A stretch of 64,000 nucleotides of DNA from an uncultured Clostridia bacterium (GCA_947166275.1 CAMVDP010000005.1:842-64841); one strand, 5' to 3'; shown: positions 19,284-28,902, counted from the stretch's first letter. The notes: generated by a model from the sequence alone, not told the origin. A program made the numbers and translations.

Positions 19284-20279
19284 TTAACATCCCTCGTTTT
19301 TAAGTATCTCGTCAAGCTCGCTGACAAGCCTGCGTTCAAGCTCTCTTTCCATTCCCGGGATACTGAAAACATCTACTAACGACTTAGCCTGATCCGTAAA
19401 GAATCGGGCTTTCTCTCTGTCACCCTCGACGAAGTACGCATAATAAGCGAGAACTCGTTTTGCGTTCGCGTCGGGATCGTCCGCAAGCACCGACCGCATC
19501 CTGTTCATAAAATGGACGGCGAGCTCGCGGTTGGGTTCTATTCTCGAATAGAAGTAGATAAGATCGTAGTAGTTCCCTGTATCCGACATAATATAGGATT
19601 TATACTTCAGAGAAGATGTCATATCATAAGCCGGCTCTCTGAGATCGTTGTATCTCCCGACCCAAAGCAGGTACATAAAGTACCATCTGTAATAGCGAAG
19701 CTTTGCTGCCGAGTCATAATGCTTGTACGGAAGCTGATTTAAAGGCAGCATCATTGTATCGTCAAGGGGCTGACCGCTCCGCATACGTTTTTGCAGATAT
19801 GTACAGTACCCCAGAAGGCTTTTCCGCGAGATTATATGAATGTACAGGAATGCCAGCAGGGAGCCTGCGCTGTACAGGATATTGACTATAAACACATCCT
19901 CCGCGACCCTGTTCCAGCGTACAGTTCCGGGGATATACCCGCTTACGGGTATACTCCTAGAAACAAAGAAGATAATGACCGTAAGGGCTATCTGCACAAG
20001 AACGAGTATCAGGTCTATGAGAATTGATCTGACGTCCGCGTTCTCGGGTATCGGCCGCGTGGTATCAACCACACGACTCGACTGACAGATTATCGAGAAC
20101 TTACTTTTTGTTTTTCTCCATTTTCCGTTCTCCTTGATGAACGTCAGCCCGAAAAACGAGATACGGTCACATACCAGACCGAACAAAGGTGTTATTATGA
20201 GCGCAGCCAGAATCTGTGTCGCCATGAACAGGACATAAGCTATCCATATTGCAAAAAAGCAAACGATCGTTGTAAGCAT
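19284..20279 (-). CDS. Membrane protein, peptidase-M50-like with TPR-like C-terminus (no HExxH)
   Basis: 331 aa; FGL.C..I.F..F….NG.W, KR.LAYY.Y shared with neighbour. Confidence 0.75.
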   Translation of the reverse strand: MLTTIVCFFAIWIAYVLFMATQILAALIITPLFGLVCDRISFFGLTFIKENGKWRKTKSKFSIICQSSRVVDTTRPIPENADVRSILIDLILVLVQIALTVIIFFVSRSIPVSGYIPGTVRWNRVAEDVFIVNILYSAGSLLAFLYIHIISRKSLLGYCTYLQKRMRSGQPLDDTMMLPLNQLPYKHYDSAAKLRYYRWYFMYLLWVGRYNDLREPAYDMTSSLKYKSYIMSDTGNYYDLIYFYSRIEPNRELAVHFMNRMRSVLADDPDANAKRVLAYYAYFVEGDREKARFFTDQAKSLVDVFSIPGMERELERRLVSELDEILKNEGC

Positions 20280-20657
20280 GTTTCCCTCCGAGTTTATGAT
20301 CCTCTGTTACATAAATCGCTACCAAGCAAGAAATATTACATGGTTTTGAAGCCAAAGAAGAAATTCGTATAAATGCACAAAAGCCTTTGTACATATTTAC
20401 CGATGCGTTGCTTCGGCATTTCTTTCAGAACCGTAAATATGACATTTCGATAGGTTGCATTGTCCTACTATATATAACGAATGAAACGACATAATGTGAC
20501 GTTGTGTTCTGAACATTTTCAAATTTTGTTAAAGCGGTACAAGCCACCGAGCGTTCTATAGTGCAACATGCACAAAAGAACGCCTCTTGATATTATTGTA
20601 TCATATATTTTCGTTCTTTTCAATTATAATCACACTGATAGAACAATCTGTGGTAAT

Positions 20658-20687
20658 AAAAAAAATGGCGACAGATTTCTGCCGCCA
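20658..20687 (-). terminator. Rho-independent terminator
   Basis: tggcggcag-aaat-ctgtcgcca then T-run on minus strand. Confidence 0.65.
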
Positions 20688-20943
20688 GCCGACTGCTGTT
20701 ATTTAGTCTAACAAGATATATATTCAGACATACTTCTTCCATATTTCCGGAAATTTTCCAAAAGCGGTTTTCCAGCGTGTTCGGTTTTGTGCGATTTAAA
20801 CGAAGGGCTTCGAACATTCAGTGCATAAACCTGTGCAACCCTGCTAAATCGGACGTACTAATCACAGTTGGGGTTTCCGCGAACTGCAAAAATGGAGTAC
20901 GAATATAGATTGAACAAGCAACTAATATTCAGACTAATGCAAT

Positions 20944-22356
20944 CTACTCCGTAAACACTTCCGCGATATAGAAGAACCCGTTTTGTGCCACGATTGAGAT
21001 GCCTACATTGGCTTTGCTGCCGTCCATACGCACATTTCTGCTGCTTTCGGCGGTCTGGAGCCTTGTATTGATCTCGTCTGCGGACTTCTCGCCGCATCTC
21101 CAGACATTGATAGATACAGCCTTTTCGACACCGTAGCGCTTGGCAAGCTCTTCCACCGTGCCATACAGCGGGGATTCGATGTCGCCGTAGTTATACTTTG
21201 CCATATCAGCCGCGAATATTGTCGAAAGCCTGCCTGCATCGCTGTCATAGGTCATTGTCAAGGGTGCCAGTCCGAGCCCGGCTCTGTCCGCGTTCAGCCC
21301 CACAAGGACCGATGCAGCTATATCCCGCCTGTATTCGAGCCCGTTGGAGACTCTGATCACCTCTGCCTGGATGTTTGTCTCTATCGCGGCAGCGTCACGG
21401 CTTAGATCGGTCTGCTGCTCAAAGACCTGTACTCGTTCGATCTCGTTCGGTCCGTCCTTGTGGGTGGCGTACAGGGTGCCGTCCGCGTTATAGATATATG
21501 TATATATCGTTTCGTAAGTGACTTTCCAGCCGCCGGTAGTCTTGCTTTCGGTAAAGGTATCGGTCGTGTATGTCTGACCGGAAAGCAGCTCTATCCCTCC
21601 AGGAAGCTCTGTTTTACAGGTCGCAACAGGTTCAGCGGTCGTTGTTTGGGTCGTATCGGGGGAGAGGTGGGTATCTACCCGCTCGGAATAAGGTACCGTC
21701 GCTCCCGAACCGGCTATCTGGTACGGACGGTGTATCTCCTGCCAGTAAACAGCGCCGAGATCATTGATATTGCGCTCCCAGAGCTTGATTATCACGCCGT
21801 GGTCATCAAGTGAAGCATAGATGTTATCCTCCACAAGGACGAAGTTCTCCGGCAGACTGTCACCCTGCGGAACAGCATATCCCACATCAGCCCCTGTCTC
21901 GTCAACGGGAACAAAGGCATAAGAATCGTCTGCGTTGCGGACATAGCGGTAGTATTCCTCCTCACCGCTGCTTCCGATGAAGGTGAAAACATCGTCGTCA
22001 ATAGGGCTTGGAACGAATGATACAGGCATATCGTCCTCGATAATATCGCTCCATACCCAGTTTCCAGCTTCATCCTTGACTCGTTTTCGGTAGCGATTGA
22101 CCGTTCCATCCTCGTTCAGCACCATATAGGTCTCATCCATACCGATGACATGCACATAGTTCACGGGGATCTCCGGGTCAAGTATCCAGTTCGAATCGGT
22201 CTTCACATTCGCCCAGAGGGTCGTGTCCCACCAAACGCCCGCACCTTTATTATATGTGACGCTGTCATTGCGTTCGGCGGGGACGGTTGACTTGAAATAC
22301 CATACCGATCCAAGTATGACTACAGACATGGCAAATATAAATATGTGTTTCTTCAT
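20944..22356 (-). CDS. Membrane-anchored/secreted protein with N-terminal repeats and C-terminal CAP/SCP-like domain
   Basis: 470 aa; LN.DRA..GL.PL, A.DMA…, VGISIV…GFFYIAEVF; RBS AGGAGG. Confidence 0.75.
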   Translation of the reverse strand: MKKHIFIFAMSVVILGSVWYFKSTVPAERNDSVTYNKGAGVWWDTTLWANVKTDSNWILDPEIPVNYVHVIGMDETYMVLNEDGTVNRYRKRVKDEAGNWVWSDIIEDDMPVSFVPSPIDDDVFTFIGSSGEEEYYRYVRNADDSYAFVPVDETGADVGYAVPQGDSLPENFVLVEDNIYASLDDHGVIIKLWERNINDLGAVYWQEIHRPYQIAGSGATVPYSERVDTHLSPDTTQTTTAEPVATCKTELPGGIELLSGQTYTTDTFTESKTTGGWKVTYETIYTYIYNADGTLYATHKDGPNEIERVQVFEQQTDLSRDAAAIETNIQAEVIRVSNGLEYRRDIAASVLVGLNADRAGLGLAPLTMTYDSDAGRLSTIFAADMAKYNYGDIESPLYGTVEELAKRYGVEKAVSINVWRCGEKSADEINTRLQTAESSRNVRMDGSKANVGISIVAQNGFFYIAEVFTE

Positions 22357-22378
22357 TTAATCAGCCTCCTTCTGTAAT

Positions 22379-22536
22379 TATTATGATTACGCGAAACGCC
22401 TTTACAGGTTTGCGCCCAAAAACAACATAATAACAGCTTATTCGACTTTATTCGATAATAATGTTACCCGATTGGGCTGTTTTAGTCGTTTTTGACTCTG
22501 TTTTTTCCTCCAAAGGTTATTAGCGTAATCATAATA
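22379..22536. repeat. 14-bp perfect inverted repeat bracketing the divergent control region
   Basis: TATTATGATTACGC 22379-22392 / GCGTAATCATAATA 22523-22536, plus CCTTT/AAAGG 6 nt inside each. Confidence 0.85.
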
Positions 22537-22555
22537 TATGTAGGAGGTGATAAAT

Positions 22556-22726
22556 ATGTTTGAAAATTATCCTGATGTAGTAAGTGTAGCACAGTTATGT
22601 GAAATGCTGAAAATAGGAAAAGACAAGGCTTATGAGCTTTTGCGCGACGGAATCATAAAATCCGTCAAAATCGGTAAAAAGTTCATAATACCCAAAAAGT
22701 CCGTAGTAGAATTTTTGAGCATTTAG
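22556..22726 (+). CDS. Excisionase-like HTH protein
   Basis: Not in track (56 aa): MFENYPDVVSVAQLCEMLKIGKDKAYELLRDGIIKSVKIGKKFIIPK; RBS AGGAGG. Confidence 0.9.
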   Translation: MFENYPDVVSVAQLCEMLKIGKDKAYELLRDGIIKSVKIGKKFIIPKKSVVEFLSI

Positions 22727-22731
22727 CACTA

Positions 22732-22760
22732 TTGAGGAATACTAATATCTGTGCTATAAT
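22732..22760 (+). promoter_or_regulatory. Sigma-A promoter of integrase
   Basis: TTGAGG-N17-TATAAT with TG. Confidence 0.6.
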
Positions 22761-22796
22761 AAAATCAGCAAGATATATATTCGGAAAGGAGGAATA

Positions 22797-23954
22797 ATGA
22801 CTGTACATATTCAAGTAAAAGACGGTATAATGTATGTTGTACTTACATACTACACCCAAAACGGAAGAAAGCGCAAGTGGATCTCGACCGGTCTGAAAGA
22901 GAAGGGCAACAAAATGCTCGTAAAAAAAGAACTCGACAAATACATTGACGAGTACTCTTATCTTGAAACTGGGCAGAATCCCAATGAGGTGATCTACAGC
23001 GAGTATCTTACGAGCTGGCATGAAAAGCGCAAGGATCAGATCGAGCTTAGCAGCTGGCAGGCATACAGCGCGGTCATCTACACCCATATCAAGCCTTACT
23101 TTGAAGAGAGAAAGTTCACATTCAACGATATGACTCCTAAAACCATATTTGAGTTCTACGAGTATCTCAGCAAGCACGGGAACAAGCGCACAGGAGAAGG
23201 ACTGGCTACAGCAACTATTAAAAAGATAGCATCTGTTATAAAGCTCAGTCTGGCAGATGCGAGAGTTGTCGGACTTGTCGAGACCAATCCGGCAACAGAT
23301 ATTAAGATCCCGAGGGTCAAGGGTCAGAAGCAGGTCAAGAAGATATATATGAATAAGACCGAGGCACAGAAGGTCCTTGATGCCTTCAAAGATGATCCGA
23401 TACAGCCGATGGTCTATATGGCACTGTTCTACGGACTCAGAAAATCCGAGGTTCTCGGTTTGAAGTGGGAAAACGTTGACTTTAACGAAAATACCTTTGA
23501 GATCAAGAGCACGCTTGTAAAAAACGCTACGATCATAGAAAAGGACAATACCAAGACAGAAGAGAGCAATGCCGTGTTTGAAATGCTCCCTCAGGTTCGT
23601 AAGATCCTATTAAAGGAACGTGAGAAGCAGGACGCACAGCGCGAACTTTTCGGCTCGACATATCTGGAAATGGGTTATGTGTTCACAATGCCGAATGGAA
23701 GATACTATCGACCGGACGGATTTACAAGAATGTTTCAAAAAAGACTTGAAAAGGCTGGCCTTCCGTCAATGAGATTTCATGATCTTCGCCATTCAGCCGC
23801 GAGCGTTTTGTTCGACCTTGGCTGGGATATTGAAAAGATCAAGAATTGGTTACGCCACCGCGATATCGAGACGACATCAAACATATATACGCACATAAGC
23901 AAAGAGCGTAAAAAATTGATGGCTGAGGAGCTCGAAGATCTGTATAAAATTTGA
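22797..23954 (+). CDS. Tyrosine recombinase/integrase
   Basis: GLRKSEVLGLKW, FHDLRHS, LRH…TTSNIY catalytic residues. Confidence 0.95.
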   Translation: MTVHIQVKDGIMYVVLTYYTQNGRKRKWISTGLKEKGNKMLVKKELDKYIDEYSYLETGQNPNEVIYSEYLTSWHEKRKDQIELSSWQAYSAVIYTHIKPYFEERKFTFNDMTPKTIFEFYEYLSKHGNKRTGEGLATATIKKIASVIKLSLADARVVGLVETNPATDIKIPRVKGQKQVKKIYMNKTEAQKVLDAFKDDPIQPMVYMALFYGLRKSEVLGLKWENVDFNENTFEIKSTLVKNATIIEKDNTKTEESNAVFEMLPQVRKILLKEREKQDAQRELFGSTYLEMGYVFTMPNGRYYRPDGFTRMFQKRLEKAGLPSMRFHDLRHSAASVLFDLGWDIEKIKNWLRHRDIETTSNIYTHISKERKKLMAEELEDLYKI

Positions 23955-23988
23955 AAAAAATCAAGTAGTTTTTTCTGGGACAAAAAAT

Positions 23989-24011
23989 AAAGTGGAAGAA
24001 AAGTGGAAGAA
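23989..24011 (+). repeat. Tandem AAAGTGGAAGAA x2, candidate integrase arm sites
   Basis: Direct repeat between int stop and tRNA. Confidence 0.5.
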
Positions 24012-24026
24012 GTCGGGCAAAAAGAA

Positions 24027-24067
24027 TGTAGAGCCACTAACAGGCAATGCCCGCAAATGGCTCTACA
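24027..24067. terminator. Hairpin between converging int and tRNA
   Basis: tgtagagcca…tggctctaca 10-bp stem. Confidence 0.5.
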
Positions 24068-24079
24068 ATCGCATTTCTA

Positions 24080-24155
24080 TGGTCTGAGTGACGGGACTTG
24101 AACCCACGGCCTCTACCACCCCAAGGTAGCGCGCTACCAACTGCGCCACACCCAG
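24080..24155 (-). tRNA. tRNA-Pro (GGG)
   Basis: 76-nt cloverleaf, anticodon arm CTACC-TTGGGGT-GGTAG, GTTCAAG T-loop, encoded CCA. Confidence 0.97.
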
Positions 24156-24186
24156 ACACGGGCAGTCAACTTCAGACTGCTATAGT

Positions 24187-24215
24187 ATTATACTACATTA
24201 TACCGGATTTGTCAA
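24187..24215 (-). promoter_or_regulatory. Sigma-A promoter of tRNA-Pro
   Basis: TTGACA-N17-TATAAT. Confidence 0.8.
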
Positions 24216-24246
24216 GTAGTTTTAAAAAAAATCTGATATTTCGTAT

Positions 24247-24292
24247 AAAAAGCGTACCGCTCCCCGAAAAAACGTGGGAGCGATGCGCTTTT
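24247..24292 (-). terminator. Terminator after ABC operon
   Basis: aaaagcg…cgctccc/gggagcg…cgctttt. Confidence 0.55.
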
Positions 24293-24322
24293 GGCTATGA
24301 AGAAACGGTTTAAGAAATGTTC

Positions 24323-25258
24323 TTATTCCTTTACCGAACCTGTCACAAGGTTCGAATAAATAAACTTCTGCAGCGAAATAAATATTATCAGTGACGGGAT
24401 GATACAGATGATAATACCCGCAAAGATTATCTCCCACTTCGCGCCATAAGGTCCTATAAAGCGGTACAGCGCCGTAGAAACAACGCCGAGTTCTTTGGAC
24501 GGCATGTAAAGATTCGCGGTATAGAAGTCATTATAGATACCAACGAACTTGATGACGAGCACGGTAGCGATCGCGGGACGCAGCATGGGAAGAATAATGC
24601 TCCAGTATATACGAAAGTAATTAGCCCCGTCGAGAAAGGCGCTCTCATCGAGCGAAACCGAGATATTATCGAGAAACTGCATGAATATGTAGATCGAGAT
24701 GATATCAGTACCGATATATAAGATACACGGAGCCCAGATCGAGTTATACAGACCAAGTGAATTAATGACCTGGAACACAGTGACCTGCATTGAAATATTC
24801 GGCAGCAGTGCCGCTATCAGAAACACTGTCTTGACCGCACGGGTGAATAGCGAGTTGAAGCGCTGTAATACAAACGCTGTCATTGTACCGGTTATGATAG
24901 TTCCCGCACAGGAGATGAGCAGTATTATCGCAGTGTTGAGAAGTCCACGCATCACATCGCCGTCAATGAATGCGGTCACAAAGTTTTCCCACTGCGGGTC
25001 AGCCGGAAGCGCAAACACGTTGGTAGTGATATACTCCTCATGCGTCTTAAACGCGCCGAGCAGCACTACCAACAGCGGCAGTATGACCAACATACATCCA
25101 AGCACGAGCACGAGGTACTTCAGGATAATGAAGATAATGCGAACGATCTTCGGAGTCTCTCTGAACTTGTAGATCTCATGATTCTGACGGAACTCGGCAA
25201 GAGCATCAGTCCCTTCGCCAGTCTCCTCAACGATATCGGGAGCCTTGTTTTCATCCAT
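24323..25258 (-). CDS. Carbohydrate ABC transporter permease (MalG-like)
   Basis: ESAFLDGA EAA loop, multiple TMs. Confidence 0.93.
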   Translation of the reverse strand: MDENKAPDIVEETGEGTDALAEFRQNHEIYKFRETPKIVRIIFIILKYLVLVLGCMLVILPLLVVLLGAFKTHEEYITTNVFALPADPQWENFVTAFIDGDVMRGLLNTAIILLISCAGTIITGTMTAFVLQRFNSLFTRAVKTVFLIAALLPNISMQVTVFQVINSLGLYNSIWAPCILYIGTDIISIYIFMQFLDNISVSLDESAFLDGANYFRIYWSIILPMLRPAIATVLVIKFVGIYNDFYTANLYMPSKELGVVSTALYRFIGPYGAKWEIIFAGIIICIIPSLIIFISLQKFIYSNLVTGSVKE

Positions 25259-25259
25259 G

Positions 25260-26192
25260 TCACTTACCCTCCTTGAATATCGCCTTTTGTATTCCCGTGA
25301 CTATCAGTATTATCGCAAGCAGCACGACTGCCATTGCCGACGCAAGTCCGACATGCTGATACGTGAACGCGGTATCGATGGTGCGTATTACGAACGTACT
25401 GGTACCGAAGCGTCCGCCGGTGATGATGTATGGTATCTCGAATACGGAGATCGAACCCTTTATCGCAAGTATGAGCTGAAGCGCGATGATAGGACGGATA
25501 CCCGGGAAGATGATGTAGCGGAAACGCTGCCATGAATTTGCTCCGTCGAGATCGGCAGCCTCGTAGATATCCGGGGAGATAGACTGGATAGCGCCTATGT
25601 ACATTATGATATCGAAGCCAATGTAGCGCCACACCGACGCAAACACAAGGCACCAGTTCACTATGTCAGTATTGGAAAGCCACTTGACCGGGTCAGCGCC
25701 GAAAAGCATGAGAATACTGTTGAGCGTACCCTCGGTATTGGTTATACCGTCTCCCTTCTGGAAAAAGCGACGGAAGATGAGCGAAACCGCAACGCCGTTC
25801 ATCATATATGGGAAGAAGATTATTCCCTTGAAAAGGTTAGCGAATTTTATCTTCGTACAGAGTATGGTTGCCACGAGAAGTGCCACAGCCTGCTGTACAA
25901 ACGAACCCGCAAAGTAATACAGCGAGTTTATGAAGGTCTCGAAGTAGCTCGAATCGGAGAACAGCGTCTTATAATTGTCAAACCCTACCCACTTCACGCT
26001 CGCACCGAACTGGTCACGCTCCTGGAAGCTGAAAATGCCCATGTTCACAGCGGGTATCACGGTAAACAAGATCATAAGAACTATCGGGATAAACAGGAAT
26101 ATGATAGTTGTCATGTACTTTTGCCCCGTATAGCCTCGGAGCCATTCGGAAACGCTTCGTTTCTTCGTGTTCGCCTTTGTAGCAGCAGCCAT
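25260..26192 (-). CDS. Carbohydrate ABC transporter permease (MalF-like)
   Basis: YEAADLDGA; likely start MAAATK 26192. Confidence 0.93.
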   Translation of the reverse strand: MAAATKANTKKRSVSEWLRGYTGQKYMTTIIFLFIPIVLMILFTVIPAVNMGIFSFQERDQFGASVKWVGFDNYKTLFSDSSYFETFINSLYYFAGSFVQQAVALLVATILCTKIKFANLFKGIIFFPYMMNGVAVSLIFRRFFQKGDGITNTEGTLNSILMLFGADPVKWLSNTDIVNWCLVFASVWRYIGFDIIMYIGAIQSISPDIYEAADLDGANSWQRFRYIIFPGIRPIIALQLILAIKGSISVFEIPYIITGGRFGTSTFVIRTIDTAFTYQHVGLASAMAVVLLAIILIVTGIQKAIFKEGK

Positions 26193-26231
26193 AATTCGTA
26201 CCCTTTCTGTCATCATTAACGTCCGCAGGAC

Positions 26232-26302
26232 ATTCCGAGGAAGCGGCATCTACCGCTTCTTCGGAATATCCGCGGAGGGGAGAAGACCTCTCCCCTTCGC
26301 GG
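26232..26302 (-). promoter_or_regulatory. Two intercistronic stem-loops between SBP and permeases
   Basis: attccgaggaagcgg/ccgcttcttcggaat and gcggaggggag/ctccccttcgc. Confidence 0.6.
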
Positions 26303-26314
26303 TAAAATACGTTA

Positions 26315-27748
26315 TCAGCCAGCAAGATAAGCTGCGAGATCAGCATTAGCGTCTCTTGTTTCTGCCCATCTCTTGTTGTTGTCAGCATAGATAGCTTCAA
26401 CAGCGCTGAAGTCCTTACCGGAGATAGCAGCTTCAGCGATCTGGATCTTGAAGTTAGCAGCGTCGCCTGCCCATGTACCAACCTGGGAGTCAGAGTTGAT
26501 AGCGTCGAATACGCCTACGAGACCCTCGGGAGCGGGATCAGCAACGAACAGTTCGCAGTTCTGGAAAGCCTCAAGGTAATCAGGCATCTTGCTGCCCTTG
26601 AGAGTACCGATGCTGCCTTCAGCTTCTGCGTCGCCGGACTCTTCGATGTACCATGTGATGTACTTCTTGCCAAGTTCCTTAACAGCGTCGGAGCTGTTCT
26701 TGTTGATACCGAAGCAGTAGTCAGGTGCGGACTGTGCGTACTGCTTGCCATTTATGGAGAACGGAGCGGGCATATATCCGATATCATCGGGGTTCGGACC
26801 TGCTTCAGCGAACTGGGAAACAGCCCACGAGCCCATTACCATTGTACCGATCTTACCTGCGTTGATAGCACCCTTACAGCCTTCCCAGTCTGTTGTTGCG
26901 GGGTCTTCCTCGATGAGGGTGGGATCGCTGAATACATCATACATGAGCTTGTAAACATTGTAGTAAGCGCCGCCGGGAGCGAAGATGTCTTCCTTGTTTA
27001 CAAGAAGGTCATTTTCATAGGACGGAGAACCGGAAGCGGAGAGTACCAGAGCAGCCCACTGAACGAGTGTCCAGTCAGCAGCCGCAAAGTTTGTGTAGTA
27101 AGGGATAGCGTCTGTGTTGTCACGGATAAGCTTGAGGTCCTCAATGAACTCCTCGGGAGTTGTCGGGAGAGTGGTCACGCCTGCATCTGCCCATACCTTC
27201 TTGTTGTAGCAGATACCGCCGGAAACGTTACCGCGGTGAGCTATACCGTAAACTGTACCGTCGTACATTTTAGCGTCTGCCCAGTTGTACTTGTCCTTGT
27301 AATCGTCATAAGAACCGAGGGGCTCGAAGAAGCTTGCAAGGTCTGAAAGCTTTACTGTATCCGGGATAAAGAGAACATCGCCGTAATCGGTGGTATTCAT
27401 CATTGTGGAAACATCGCTTACATAATCGGTGTAACCCTGATACTTGACTGTGCAGTTGTTAGCGTCCTCAAATGCCTTTGTGATCTCTGCAAGGTGACCG
27501 TCCTGGACGCGGTCGGTACGGCAGGTAAGTACTGTGAGTGTGAGCTTCTCGCCGCTGTCAGCAGAGGGAGTTGCCTCCTGTGTTGCAGCTTCTGTCTTTT
27601 CGGTTTCAGCAGCAGCAGCGGTAGTAGTTTCAGCATTGGGAGCCTCTGTCTTTGCAGCAGTTGTGGTCTGCGCAGCGTTTCCACAGCCGGCGATCGAAAG
27701 CACAAGTGCCGATGTTACTGCAGCGGATAAGATCTTCTTCAGTTTCAT
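26315..27748 (-). CDS. Sugar ABC solute-binding lipoprotein
   Basis: IAGC lipobox, Thr/Ala linker, GICYNKK, MVMGSW. Confidence 0.93.
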   Translation of the reverse strand: MKLKKILSAAVTSALVLSIAGCGNAAQTTTAAKTEAPNAETTTAAAAETEKTEAATQEATPSADSGEKLTLTVLTCRTDRVQDGHLAEITKAFEDANNCTVKYQGYTDYVSDVSTMMNTTDYGDVLFIPDTVKLSDLASFFEPLGSYDDYKDKYNWADAKMYDGTVYGIAHRGNVSGGICYNKKVWADAGVTTLPTTPEEFIEDLKLIRDNTDAIPYYTNFAAADWTLVQWAALVLSASGSPSYENDLLVNKEDIFAPGGAYYNVYKLMYDVFSDPTLIEEDPATTDWEGCKGAINAGKIGTMVMGSWAVSQFAEAGPNPDDIGYMPAPFSINGKQYAQSAPDYCFGINKNSSDAVKELGKKYITWYIEESGDAEAEGSIGTLKGSKMPDYLEAFQNCELFVADPAPEGLVGVFDAINSDSQVGTWAGDAANFKIQIAEAAISGKDFSAVEAIYADNNKRWAETRDANADLAAYLAG

Positions 27749-27768
27749 GGTGTTTTCCTTTCGTTGAA

Positions 27769-27782
27769 TGTTATCGTTTTCA
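27769..27782 (-). promoter_or_regulatory. cre/LacI-type operator
   Basis: TGAAAACGATAACA fits TGWNANCGNTNWCA, between promoter and RBS. Confidence 0.55.
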
Positions 27783-27829
27783 TTTTGCGGATAATTTTAA
27801 GCAAAACCTCCTCGGTTTTACTTAAATAC

Positions 27830-27858
27830 ATTATATTGTGTTTTAGTATAAATGTCAA
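27830..27858 (-). promoter_or_regulatory. Sigma-A promoter of ABC operon
   Basis: TTGACA-N17-TATAAT. Confidence 0.8.
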
Positions 27859-28019
27859 TATATCCTTGAAAAAAATCAACACTCCACCGAAATATTTGTG
27901 CATCTTGCAAAAATCAGCCGCCTGCATTTGTCACAAGCGGCTTACATTATAAAGTAATTAATCGTATTAGTTAGTTTAATTTAAGCGCAGACATGGAACA
28001 ATATCCATGCCCGCACTGT

Positions 28020-28892
28020 TTATTCCATTCTTCCTTTATAGTCAGAATACCACTGAAAAGAGCTGTGCTTATCCACGTAGTAATTAAAATCACATATAAA
28101 GTACTCACTGCCGTCCGAAGCCCTGAAATAATAGAACGTCACAGGGGACTCGGCACTCGTCGGATAATCTGAGCCAAGAGTACATACCACCTTTTCGATG
28201 TCAGCGCCTGTCTCGGAAAACTTACCGTCGCGCTTCCGCAGGAATACAGCGTCCTTGTCCGTATGCTGTCTTGCTATCTCCGTGAAATACATTATATCCT
28301 CGTCTTCGGACGTAAGCCACGTAACATCGGGCAGCTTCACGCTGCCGAGATGACGGCTTCCCTCGATACCGCCGTCAGGTTCCGTATCTACATATATCAT
28401 CATACCGTCGAGCCTGTTGTTACGGTTCTGCTCCTGCAGAGCCTTCGCGCATCCGAGTGCCGCTTCCCTGCCCCGCTCTTCGTTTGCGGTGTACATTCTC
28501 AGCAGCAGTTCCGAATTCCTGTCCGCAAACACCTCATATCTAACATCATCGCCGCACGCGGCTTCGAGTGCGACCTTCGCGTTCTCCGCGACCGCTTTCT
28601 TAAGCTCTGACACGAACGTATCGCCTGATGAGGGATAGCTTCCGAAGCTCGACCCGTCAATAAGCAGCTCGCTCATATAGCTCGTGACTTCGTATTCAAA
28701 GCCCTGCAGCGAATCGCGCAGCACCACTTTGGTGCGGTCCTCCGCTTCGGACTGCGACACAACCGTACAGTCACCGTGCTGTCTCGAAGCTTCACCGATG
28801 AGAGCCGAAGCGTTCTTTACACTGCCGCAGCCAGAAAGCATCAGCGCAGCTGCCGACACGAGCAGAACAGCTATCTTTCGTTTTCCGTTCAT
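28020..28892 (-). CDS. Hypothetical lipoprotein
   Basis: Start MNGKRK (RBS GAGGTG), LSGC lipobox. Confidence 0.75.
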   Translation of the reverse strand: MNGKRKIAVLLVSAAALMLSGCGSVKNASALIGEASRQHGDCTVVSQSEAEDRTKVVLRDSLQGFEYEVTSYMSELLIDGSSFGSYPSSGDTFVSELKKAVAENAKVALEAACGDDVRYEVFADRNSELLLRMYTANEERGREAALGCAKALQEQNRNNRLDGMMIYVDTEPDGGIEGSRHLGSVKLPDVTWLTSEDEDIMYFTEIARQHTDKDAVFLRKRDGKFSETGADIEKVVCTLGSDYPTSAESPVTFYYFRASDGSEYFICDFNYYVDKHSSFQWYSDYKGRME

Positions 28893-28902
28893 ACAGCTCA
28901 CC

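Larger units (their letters stand above)
20700..24080. mobile_element. Small integrative element or remnant (cargo, xis, int) at 3' end of tRNA-Pro
   Basis: int abuts tRNA 3' end; xis upstream; left boundary tentative because no att duplication was found. Confidence 0.55.

Noticed and set aside
20703-20712. TAGTCTAA as att remnant of tRNA end TGGTCTGA
   Set aside because: Too short and mismatched to be significant.
20620-21097. Short ORFs in the intergenic region
   Set aside because: No RBS or motifs; they overlap a terminator or the cargo gene.
22723-22749. CIRCE-like TTAGCACT
   Set aside because: Only a half-site; no GAGTGCTAA partner.
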